Source: Podarcis tiliguerta (Eukaryota). Taken from it: 64,000 nt of DNA. The position numbers and the translations under genes are program-made. The stretch's first letter is position 1; each line of letters begins with the position of its first letter. The stretch lies in NCBI GenBank assembly GCA_965153285.1, contig OZ229115.1. One strand, written 5' to 3'. Under the pieces are notes generated by a model that worked only from the letters and a program-made list of their open reading frames with translations, had not been told where the DNA came from and did no database searches. Of this stretch, positions 24,980 through 36,391 are shown piece after piece.

Positions 24980-27900
24980 CCCCAAACAATATCATTGATC
25001 CTTTTAGATCAATTCATGGACGTTGTGCCAATATTTTATGAAAAAATGTAGGAGTTAAGCCCCGTTTTGCAGAAGTTCATCTACACTATCCAAATGTTTC
25101 TCAGGGTTATGGCTAGCTATTCTGATTTTGATGTCAATATGCTATGAAATTCAATCCTGCCTTTTTCTGGCTGTGTTGCAGAAGCAGCAGAGTGTAGCAG
25201 GTAAGGAGGAAGGAAGGAAGGGAGGGAGCAGCAAATTCAGAGTAGAAGGTGAGGTGTCATAATTGGTCCTGCATCCAAGATGGTTAAAGGCTCTTAATCA
25301 TTCTTCTATGTGCTAGTTATCTCTGTTGTGTCCTCTATTCTGGGCACCCTTGTATTGCAAACAAATTGTACAGATCTCAATGGGACATAGTAAAATAGGT
25401 TTATGTGGGCAGAACAGGCCAGACTTCAGTTGGTTACTGGGTAGGTAGCATCAAAGTGTTGCTATAGGACAGGTTGCTAAACAGCTATGAGCGATTGAGT
25501 GCTTGAAGAAATTGAATGAATGCTTCTGCAAAAAGAAAAACAAAAATAGTTGGTATTTGGGCAAACAAACAGTTAATTCTGAGTTAAAAGTTTTTCATAT
25601 GCTCATTATAATGGAACTAAGTTATTAACTCTGGGAAAGTCCAATAAATGTCACTGTGGAGCTGCTACTTGAGGAGTCTCTAGAAAAGAGGATGCAGAAA
25701 TGCAAAACTAATACTGAGAAATGATTGTAGGAATAGCATACATGGGTACTTGGGGGTGGAAGAATAAAAAATTAAGGCCCTAATGCTAAAAGAAGTATTG
25801 AGAAGGAAACTGTATTTCCTGGAAAGTGTGTTGATTCCTTCAAGTGCATGTCTTTCTTCAAATGGTAAGACACATAATTACAAAAACGGTCTAAATTATT
25901 AATCAGAAAAAGGAAGACTTTAGCAGGACTGATGAACGTGCAGAGATGAGAAAAAAATTGATCTCTTTGAAAAGGGATGCAATTAGCACTTTATGAGATT
26001 TTGGGAACACAAATTAAAATTTAACTGAAATTGTTCTTTCTGCTTCTGTATGCTGTTTCAAACCTGCATTTTACATAGGAGGATACAAGGCCTTATTTTT
26101 CCTGCCCATCCTCTCCACTGTTCCCCCCCCCCCCGAATCAAAGCTGCTCCTGGCAATTTGAAACCCCAAGAAGATGTGGCATATGGTATAGGTGGGAAGA
26201 AATAGGGCAGGAAAACCTTGTTACGTGGGCAGCCTCCTGCTCATGAAAATGTGGATGCAAGCTGTTGTAAAGTATGAGCTGATTAATGCTGATAAGTAGA
26301 CAGTCCATAAAGCTGGACTATGAGTGTAATCCAAGGCCAGGCAGGCACTGGTGCCTTGTGTGTGTTTCTGTGGAGTCCATGTACTTATGAGAATTTCCTG
26401 TTACATGTGCAGAATACTCCTGAGCTCATGGAAAAGTACATGAAATCCCTGGTGTGTGTCACATCTTCTGGCTCACAAGTCGTAAATCGTTGAGGGTCTA
26501 TGGAATACACCATGACGTTATTGTTTTTACATACACTAATTCTGAATATATTTTAATACTGTCACATCTCTTGCTACATAAATGCTACTGTCTTACCTTG
26601 CGACTCTTTCACAACCCAGCTGCTGTTTAGCCGCCATTCATTTTTCTCATTACTTGATTTACAGAAGTACATGGGAAGGGCTGAATGAATAGTGCTTTAA
26701 TCGGGTATCTTTCCCCTTTCAGCAGTTATAGAGGTCATCTTAATTCCCCTTTCTCCGTTTGGCCACTTTCTTTTCTGAGGTTTGTCTGTTCCAGGTATGA
26801 TTTGCGTTGCTAGTCTCACCTTTATTCTTTTTTTAATGATAGATAGATATATTTGCTGTTTCTTTACACTTTTGTAAAGGTGTTCTTTTCTGTCGAGTAG
26901 TAGACGGAGCCTACAGGCTGATGCAAACACACCAAATTCATTAAAATGGTTAAGTGAGAGGGCCTTAAGTTTGAGTTGAGCCTCAACAATGGCTAAGGGT
27001 TACATCACCACTGGTTAATGCTAACTACGATTCACACTTTACGGGGATATTTAATCAGCTTCTGACTTTTTTTCTGGTTAGTTAGTGCTAACCATGATTA
27101 ACATCTGTGCCAACATACCCCTCAACTGGGTTGACGTTTTTCTGGGAAATTCAAGTGGGTGGGTGGGTGGCAGTGAGCAACCAAATAACAGGCTCCCAAG
27201 TTTTTAGCCATGGCTAGTGGATCAGAAAGTATTGCAGCTGCTTAGGCCTATGGTGCAATGACCTCTTATGGCCATAGCCTCTGATGGTTTCACAGAGCAG
27301 CTTTGTGTACCCCACCCTCATACTGGAGTGGGATTGCATGTATTTGAATGGCACAAAAGGACTCCAGTTGAGATGGTTTCACTAGAGAAGATTAGTAACA
27401 AGTTTGAGAAACTGAGGGCCCAGTTAGGCAGAAAGCTGTGGGACACAAGTTGAAGAATCATGGTACTTGTTGAGTACAACCGAAAGAAAAAGATGAGCAT
27501 AGAACAATGATGTTCTTAAAAAAAACCACAAAAACCTCCTGATTTTTTGTGCTTTGTTCTTTTGGTGTTTCCAAAGTTCTGTTTGTAGAACCTGAGCAAA
27601 AGCAATAATTCTGTCGTACAGCAGGACCCATTCGCTTGAAGGAAATGCTTTAGTTGCCGCTGGTTTCCTTGCGGAGGAGAAAAAAACATAGTGGTTTACA
27701 AAGTATATACTCAAATTAATGCTCACCAAGCTCAATTAAAAATGTCCTAAAATAAGACAAACCTGTGGAAATGCTTCAGTTGCCACCAGTTTCCTTGCGG
27801 AGAAGCAAAAAAAAGTGCTTTACAGTTAAAATGCCCTGAAAATCAGACATACATGGGGAAGGCCGGAATTAATTTTCGTGGTATTAGAAATGTGTTCTTG

Positions 27901-30313
27901 GACTCGCAAAGTGAGGGAGAAGTTAGTGACTATTGTGGAAGTATGAATGTACTGTATATGCATGTGGCTCTGCCGTTTTTTCTTTTATTTTCATGTACCC
28001 TGAATTTGGAGTATAGGAAACACACGAGACGAGTGCACTTTAGTGTGGCACTGTATAAACTTAACTATGAGCACAATAGGTAACAAGCAGCTCCTTTAAG
28101 ACCTTGTTGACAATACATACCTGCATTCTTGCTAGAACACAGTGCTTGTAACATCTGGGTTTCCATGCGAAGAAAATATTTTTCATGGAGGAGCTTTCAA
28201 CCATCTGAGTCCCCACATAGTCTGAAGTGTATGTTGATCACCTTGGAGAGAACCCAGGCTTGTATTCACATTCTAATTTGAGCAGCTGTTCTCAGACTAA
28301 TAGTTTGTTAAAATCACACTTACATATTTGGAGCAATATAGTCCCTCTGTAAGCAGATGCAACCACATTATTTGCATTGTGCGCTTTGCATTAAAAGGTT
28401 ACCAATTTGTACGTGTAATTGTACAACAAAGTTAACTTTATTGCTACAACTGCAGTGCTGCTTAATTTTTTTTAGATCTAAATAAGGTTAACATAGGATG
28501 TGGCGACACTGTTTTAATAGACTGGTAATAGGGTTTTGGTGTTAGCTTTTTCTACAGAATGAAAAAGAGCCTTAATTGGGTAAACAGTGGTGTGATTGTT
28601 TAGAATGCCTTAAGATATGTATCATATGAAATGGGCACTCATTTGAATCTGTAGGTATGCAGCTTTCCCCCTAAATAATTGAGTTCTGCCTTAAGCCACG
28701 CCACCCTGAGATCTGAGAGTGTACAATTGAACAAGCTAGCATTAAAATAGGAAATGGATGGGGTGGGGTGGGAATAGGTCTTTGTGGTAAAAGGATAAAA
28801 AGTGTAAATGTCTTAGAAATAATTCCTTTTACATGTTAATGTAGCATTATAAAGGCAACCTAGACATACCAGCATTTTGCATGTTTTTGCATTTATTTGA
28901 TGGAGCTATATTGTACTGTGGGAAAACCCTATATACAAAAAGCTGTTCAATACAAATTGGTAATCCATAGACCAGATTAATTTATTTTATTAATATTGTG
29001 GGAAGATCAGTTTTCACTTGAGGGTTCAGTTTCAGTTCTTTAAGAAACATTGAGATAGAGATATTTACCAGCATCTGTGCAAAATGTTTTTTTAATGGTA
29101 TGTTTAGTGTGAAATGTATGTGTTTGTCTAATTGGTAGATAAATATTACTTAACAGGGTCATAAAGAATTTAGCAAAACTTAACTCTTGCAATGGCAGGA
29201 AAAATGCTGTTATTCAGGTTTCTATGTTGTGATTTTTGCTTTATATATGTTAAAGGTGCACTATGTCATTCCAAACAAGAAGGAAGACTGCCTATGAATT
29301 ACAAAATTTATCCATTTAAACTTTTACAATTGAAGTTTATACATTTTGTTGTTTGCTTGTATTTTGACTGAATTTGCTGCTCAGTTTTTTAGAATTAAAA
29401 ACTGCCTTCTATTGGAGCAAAATGCATTACTTGTGAATGTGAGTAATGAAGCCCTGATAATCACTACCTATATACACAGCTTATGGAGAGGGCTATTTCG
29501 AATAGAGGATCGGGGATGTGTAAAGTCAAAATCAAAATCTCCTCTTGAAGGTTTAATTTTAAAATGAAAACAGCTGTCACAGCTTCATGAAATAATTTGA
29601 GTATAACACAAAGGCCTTAAGAGGTTTGTGTTGGTATCTGACTTCTACTTTAAAACATGCTGGAAAATCAGCCTTAATATCTTTTTTTAAAAAAATAATA
29701 ATAATCAAAAATCAAATAGTGCATCTTTAACTGTGACATGATCACTTTCTTAATAAGAAAGGTGAACATTGCCAGACAATGTGGTTTTTGATCTTACTCA
29801 TAACCCTAATCCTTAAATAATTACATGAACGGTTTTTGACGCTGCAAATGAATTGTTCCTAATCTACATTATGATTTGTAGAACACGACAAGTACAAAAT
29901 AAATTCTATGCATATCATTCTCTTAAATGACTTCACAATCAATATGCATGTACTAACATAAGGCTCACTAAATGGTAGGCATGTGTATGGAAAATGAGGC
30001 CATAAAGATCAGCTGGAACAGATGTTGGGCAGATGCTGAATGCTGCTTACCTCTGCGTGCCTACAATCTGCCTCTTTGGGTGAGGTCCAGTGTAGCACAA
30101 ATGGGCATTCCCTCATGCAGTGGGATATCTCCCTTCTTCCTGCTACCCCCTTTCAGCCTCCCATGCACCCTCAAAGCCTGTTCCTGAGGGTTGGGGGATA
30201 TTCCATGACAGACTTGGAGGAGCAGAGAATTTTTATTGCCCAGGTGGGTGGGCTTCATTAGATGTGACCCTTTGTTTCCAGGCGTCTGAGGTAAGTTGGC
30301 CTTTGTGGTGAGA

Positions 30314-30558
30314 ACCAGTGTGGTATAGTGGTTAAGAGGGGTGGACTCGTAATCTGGTGAACCGGGTTCGCTTCCCCGCTCCTCCACATACAGCTGCTGG
30401 GTGACCTTGGGCAAGTCACACTTCTCTGAAGTCTCTTTGCCTCACTCACCTCACAGAGTGTTTGTTGTGGGGAGCAAGGGAAAGGAGATTGTTAGCCGCT
30501 TTGAGACTCCTTAGGCTAGTGATAAAGCAGGATATCAAATGCAAACTTCTCCTCCTCT
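30314..30558 (+). mobile_element. tRNA-derived squamate SINE (Squam3/CORE-like)
   Basis: A box tggtatagtggtt, B box gggttcgcttccc, gtgaccttgggcaagtcac core, CT-rich tail. Confidence 0.8.
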
Positions 30559-31834
30559 TTGTCCTTGGCTGTTAAGCTTCTGGTGGCTCTCACAACCATT
30601 ATGTGTTTCCTTACGAATTCTCACAATGCACTTACCCTTCCTGTAAGCTTTCTCGACCATGTCTGCCCTGCTCCCCTCTGTACTGACATAGTTATTTAGG
30701 AGAAAGACAGTTCCAGAGCTGTGGTATCTTGTAGGATCACCGACTTCACATTTCAAATCGAGAAAATGTGTTTCAAGATTGGCTTTACAATTAAGGGGCC
30801 TCTAGGTGGTGTGGCGGCTTTTTGGTGCAGAAATGAATGGAAGGAATTTGCTCTGGTTTTCACGTGGTTATCGTGGCGATGCCATAGGAAGGCCAACCAT
30901 TTCAGCCAAATGCATGTAGTTGTTGCATCATTTTTGTGCAGGAGAAAAATAAATAAGTATGCGTTTGGAGATAAAATTGATTTGAACAGGGACAAATGCA
31001 CTAGCATGAAGGTTATGAATTGTAACATCCACTTTCTAGAGCAGTATGGTGAACTTGCGTCCCTTCGGTTGCTTTTTGACAACTCCCACCATCCCAGACC
31101 ACTGGCTGTGCTTCCTAGTATGGCTGGGAGTCAAACAATATTCAGCATCCCTGCTCTATCACTTTTAAGGCTACATTCCTAAACTCACTTACCTGGTAGT
31201 AAGACCCATTGAACTAAACTGAACTTTGAGAAGACATTAGTAGTGTACTCCTTTTGTCTCTTTCCCTTAGAAAGTGTTGTAGGGACTAAAAGTTCACTGG
31301 CTAGCCATTTCAATTTAAAATATTTCTAATATGTCCTTTATTGCACATGATTCCATGACGGTATAATGATCCACTCCTCACATGTCACACTAAGCTCGAT
31401 AACTATTTTGTGACATTTTATTCCTGGTCACAATAAAGGTATTCACAGACAATGGATTTCCTTTTGTGTTTTGTATGGCTTCATCAATCACAGATCAGAA
31501 ACAACGTACTTTGGGCACAAACCATGTTAGTAGTCTCACAGTTCACTGAATTGAAATCTACACTTCAGACTATTTTTGCTGCTCTCTGAGCTACTCCAGC
31601 AAATGCAAGTTTCCCATATTCATTTGAAGCACAGTGATAAAAGCACAAAGTTATGTAATTCTGGGTTTCCACATTGTGGTGCTTCTTGTTGCACAACTGT
31701 ACCTTGTAAAGAGGTTGGCTGCTCTGCCCTGTCAAAGCATGGCATTCTGGTACAAGCATGTGAAAGTATTGAGGGAAAGGTCTTTTGGTTGACAGTATTT
31801 GCTTGAAAAGTGGGATAGCAATAAAGCTAGATAT

Positions 31835-32163
31835 AAGGTAAAGGTAAAGGGACCCCTGAACATTAGGTCCAGTCGTTGCCGACTCTGGGGTTGTAGCGCT
31901 CATCTCGCTTTATTGGCCGCGGGAGCCGGCGTACAGCTTCTGGGCCATGTGGCCAGCATGACTAAGCCGCTTCTGGCGAACCAGAGCAGTGCACGGAAAC
32001 GCATTTACCTTCCCGCCGGAGCGGTACCTATTTATCTACTTGCACTTTGACGTGCTTTCGAATTGCTAGGTTGGCAGGAGCAGGGACTGAGCAATGGGGA
32101 TTTGAACTGCCGACCTTCTGATCAGCAAGTCCTGGGCTCTGCGGTTTAACCCACAGCACCACC
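31835..32163 (-). mobile_element. Sauria SINE
   Basis: (AAGGTA)n tail and family body on reverse strand. Confidence 0.9.
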
Positions 32164-33680
32164 AAATGTACATTATATAATTGCACACACTTAATGGCAA
32201 ATACTGAAGTATCTTACTTTGCTCAAGTATTCAGCAACAGGGAAAACTTTTGTAGAAAATACCACTGAAAAACAGGATCGTGCCACTTCCAGATGTTGAT
32301 GAACTATACCTATCACCCCATGGCTGGTAGGAACTGTAAAGCCACAAGTTGGTTACTCATAGTATAAAATGTCGCTTGTAATTTATGAGCATAAAAATAA
32401 AAATAAGCACTGTTGCAGCAGTGGGCTAGAGAAACTTTGGTGTTCTGCACCAGGGAAGCTTGGAGATGTGTTTTAAAAACAGTCCGTTCTACTTTACCTG
32501 TAGCTTTAGCCTGTCACTTCAGATCGCAATACCACACTTCTTTAATATCTTTCCTCCTCTCGCCTCTCCACCTGCTTGATTCGAACTGTGACAAGCTAAT
32601 CCTCTGCCATTGCTTTCAAGGTCTGGCAATGAGGTCGGGAAGGGAGAGAGTGGCAGCTGGACTCTGCTTGTACGCTCCTCCCACCCCCTTGGGCATGGTC
32701 ACAACAAGGAGTTCAAAATGCTTGCTTCTGGTTTCCATTAACCACAGCTCAGCATTATGTATATACCTTGGGATTCATCTTTGGTTTTTGAAACAAGCTA
32801 ACAGCATCAACCCTATTTGGAAGCTGACACACACTTCACATAGATCACATAGATCGGAGGTGTTTTATTTGTGTATCCTTGGCAGTGTTCCAACTGCCAG
32901 CACAATTAATGCATGCAACATGCATTTCTTGTAGTTTAATCTCAATGGAAAGGGTGGAGTGTGAGGACTGCTCCATTTAATTCCAACTGCAGCTTTTGTC
33001 AGAGATGCTGCTCTAGTTTGAATAAAGGAGACATCTGTGCTAGGATAAACCTAGCGTACTACAAGGTAGCTAATGTTGGGAATTCCATTCCACCCTTGCT
33101 GCAGATATGTGGGATTGTTACATGTCACATGCCTGTTTGCATTCCAGCGCAGATTGCTGGAGTCCCCTGAGCGGAACATCCGCTCTGTATTGCTTTTGTT
33201 TTCTCTCTCTCCAAGAAGAACGGCAAGGAGAGAAGCCATGTTTTTCTTTGTCCTGACTTAAATTCAATAAATGTAGCCTAGTACCCATGCCTCGATCCAG
33301 CTCTGTTGTGCGTTTACACTGCTGAGTAATGTGTGCTCATGCACAGTTGCATGAGTCTCAGATGCATTTCGGAGGAGGATGACTGATGGATCTCCGCAGC
33401 GGCAAGGCTGAGACGGGAGACGCTCTGGCTGGGGCCAAGCCAGCTGGCTTTCCATCCCATGGTTCTGATAGCTAATACAGCCACAGAATTAATGCACAAG
33501 CTCTCTTTACATTTGACGCATGTAGTAATTCTTTGCTACAGAATATACTAGCTGAATCTTGAACTGATTCTAGATGAAGCTGAGGTTAGTTACTACACTT
33601 CAGGGGAAACGAAGTCACTATTAACTTCCCATATTGATTTCAATGATGCCCAAGTGCAATTTAATTTAGGCTTGAAATAA

Positions 33681-33900
33681 AAAAATGTCCAGTAGCACCT
33701 TAGAGACCAACTAAGTTTGTCCTGGGCAGAAGCTTTTGCGTGCATGCAGACTTCTTCAGATACCAGATACCTGAAGAAGTGTGCATGCACACGAAAGCTT
33801 ATACTCAGAACAAACTTGGTTGGTCTCCAAGGTGCTACTGGACATTTTTATTATGATTATTATTTCGACTGCATCAGACCAACGCGGCTACCTACCTTAA
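33681..33900. mobile_element. Penelope-like element ends as an inverted pair, with minimal hammerhead ribozyme motifs
   Basis: ~80-bp imperfect inverted repeat centred near 33765; CTGAAGA-A-GTGTG CATG CACAC-GAAA-GCT core at 33771-33800. Confidence 0.75.
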
Positions 33901-34295
33901 TTTAAGCTGCAATACTGTGACCTGGGAGGAAAACTCCAATGAATTCAATAGGGTTTACTTCTGTGTCGATGTGGTTAGGACTGTGTAGTTAGCTATTTGC
34001 ACTGGGTTGGACCTAAATGAAATTTAAGTATTTAAATAGAATTTGTGGTTAAATTGAAATCAAGCAGTGCACTCCTATGCATTTTTACTTCTTCAACAGA
34101 GCTTATTTTGTCTTGAGAATGTACAAGAGTGCATTGTGAATTTAGGATGAACTGGATCGTGATAAATTATCTGGCCATACATATTTTGAACACATAAATA
34201 GTACTGAAACCAGAGTACCGGGGTGTAAGAATTCATAACTAAGTATACGCAGTCTAGTAAACTCCAGCAACACAACTGTGTCAGAAGAAAGGGAA

Positions 34296-34442
34296 TCAAG
34301 GAAGACTACATGGCTGTTCTGAGTTTCGCCCTCTTCGCAAGAGACACTGGTGAACTAATGGGAGCAGTTTGCCGTCCCGATGAAGTCTCTGTGTGTCTGT
34401 AGCACCTCCGACAAATGTTCCATTGATAAATATTCTTGGAAC
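34296..34442 (-). CDS. GLRX2: GLRX2 coding exon 4 (147 nt incl. TGA)
   Basis: VPRIFINGTFVGGATDTQRLHRDGKLLPLVHQCLLRRGRNSEQPCSLP*; TVP and GG motifs of glutaredoxin. Confidence 0.95.
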   Translation of the reverse strand, partial: VPRIFINGTFVGGATDTQRLHRDGKLLPLVHQCLLRRGRNSEQPCSLP

Positions 34443-34545
34443 CTGTTGAGTATAAAAATTAACAAATGAATCTTATTTCTTGGATATAAGCTTAAAACGC
34501 ACATACTGTATATTCCATAATGTTACCACTTACGTCCCGGTGTAG

Positions 34546-34802
34546 TAGGGGTGGCCAACTCCCAAGAGACTGCGATCTACTCACAGAGTTAAAAACTGGC
34601 AGGTCGAAAGTTTTTTTTTTAGGTCGGAGGAAGGCCCATTTTTGCAGGGTTCGGGTCAAAGTTGTTGAGTTTTTTCAGGGAAGAGGTAAAATGTTGAGCT
34701 TTTTTTAGGGGATCCACAGTTGTTCAGTTTCTTTGGGGGGAGCCAATGATCTACCAGTGATCTACCGCAGACGTCCAGTGATCTACCTGTTGGACATGCC
34801 TG
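34546..34802. mobile_element. hAT-like MITE in GLRX2 intron 3
   Basis: TAGGGGTGGCCAAC / GTTGGACATGCCTG ends, GATCTAC subterminal repeats, imperfect 8-bp TSD cggtgtag/cagtatag. Confidence 0.65.
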
Positions 34803-34892
34803 CAGTATAGTATTTCTGAGCTGTTGCAGAAATAGCTATGGAGTTGGACAAATGGCATGCAGAAATGGCAAGCAATGCCCAACTCTTCAATA

Positions 34893-35765
34893 TTGAAATT
34901 GAATTGAAATACTTTATTGTCACTTGTACAATTTGTATACAGTGAGATTACACAAGCACCCCCCCCCACTCAGCTCTCTTAGTCTTAATTCCCCTCGTTT
35001 ACTGACACCCACCCACCAAACCCAAAAGCCAGTTGCCCTGTTGTTATCTTTTCATTCAGCAGCCTAACAGTCCACGGATAGAAGCTGTTCTTTACCCTGT
35101 TGGTGCGACTAATCATGCTTCTATATCTTCTGTCTGAGGGCAGGTGATCAAGAAAGTGCCGGCCAAGGTGTGACTCATCCCTGAGAATTTTCCTCACGTT
35201 CCTGAGGCAACGTTCTTCCGTTATTTCATCCAGCGGATTCACGGCACAGCCCATAATATATTGTGCTGTATTCACCACCCTCTGTAGGCACTTCCTATCA
35301 GATGATGTCAAACCAGCGTACCACACCGTGATGCAGTATGAAAGGACACTTTCTGTTGTGGACCGGTAGAAGGAGATCATCAAATGTTGATTGACATCGT
35401 TCTTTCGCAATACTCTGAAGAGATGGAGTCTCTGTTGGGCTTTCTTAACCACCTCTTGTATTTATTTTCCAAATAAGGTCTTCACTGAGATAAACTCCTA
35501 GGAATTTAAAGGAAGAGACTCTCTCCACACAGCCCTCCTGATATACAGTGGGGCTAGTTCTCCTCTCTTCCTCCAAAAGTCCAACACCATCTCCTTTGTC
35601 TTGCTGATATTAAGGTGCAAGTTGTTCCCTAGGCACCATGTAGATATTTTTTGGACCTCCCCTCTATACGCTGGTTCGTCTCTGCCTGTTATTAAACCCA
35701 TTATGGTGGTGTCATCTGCAAACTTAATAATTGCAGTAGACTGGTCAGATGATATGTATGTATAC
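34893..35765 (-). mobile_element. Rex1/Babar-like non-LTR retrotransposon, 5'-truncated and frameshifted
   Basis: RT motif IIKFADDTTIMGLI...WCLGNNLHLNISKTKEMVLDF, then VKKAQQRLH..FYRSTTESVLSYCITVWY..NSFYP; AATAAA and TTCAA-like tail. Confidence 0.85.
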
Positions 35766-36214
35766 AACATATTCTGCAGACAGGAGGTCATGCTACATTG
35801 TCTAAATCCTATGCTCTGGAAGGTTTACCATGAAATCAAACACGGAAAGCAAACTTAAAAACAACAACAGGTAGCCACATCTGATGGATATGAATATCTT
35901 AATGAGGTAACATCCAGGAAGGCCACAACAGGGCACAAAGCAATAGCTCCCACTCCTATTGTTAGGGTTGTAACCAGTCTCCTGTAACTTTTATTCAGAG
36001 GTTCATAGGCACATGTTGTCATGACTGGTGGTCACTGATTAATTCACAGAGAGAGAGGTCTATGTCATCCCATCACCACATCTTGTGGCTACGAGTTCCA
36101 CAGGTCAATTATTTGCTGTAGGAAGAAATGCATCTACTGGGGGTGTGGGCTGGAGAGAGAATCCCCCCCCCCCGAAGTTTCTGCTATAGGTGACCAAACT
36201 TGGGAAGTACTCAC

Positions 36215-36391
36215 TGTCCTGCCGCCAGTCATTTGATGAAGAATATCTTGAAACTGGCTTCCGTTTTCGTACATGTCCAGTTCAATGGCTGTGTAGTTCA
36301 CATTCATATCTTCAAATAGCTTCTTTGCCATGTTGCAGTAGGAGCATGTGGTTTTCGAGAAGATCACTACACAGTTGTCTGAGATAGTTCG
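36215..36391 (-). CDS. GLRX2: GLRX2 coding exon 3 (177 nt), CSYC active site
   Basis: RTISDNCVVIFSKTTCSYCNMAKKLFEDMNVNYTAIELDMYENGSQFQDILHQMTGGRT; TAG/GTGAGT. Confidence 0.97.

Noticed and set aside
27268-27453. Myb/SANT-like remnant (HKRTPVE...NKFEKLR) of a Harbinger element
   Set aside because: Spacing does not fit the motif and no transposase or TIRs were found; too weak without a profile search
32413-32934. 173-aa ORF between RO60 and GLRX2
   Set aside because: Non-ATG start, no recognisable domain or exon structure
10000-34000. Y RNA gene near RO60, as in bacterial Ro loci
   Set aside because: No GGCTGGTCCGA 5' stem with matching 3' stem and U-tract seen by eye; an Infernal scan would confirm
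34296-34310. GLRX2 C-terminal CSLP as a CaaX prenylation signal
   Set aside because: Pro at X and Ser at a1 fit poorly; tail looks like a variable extension
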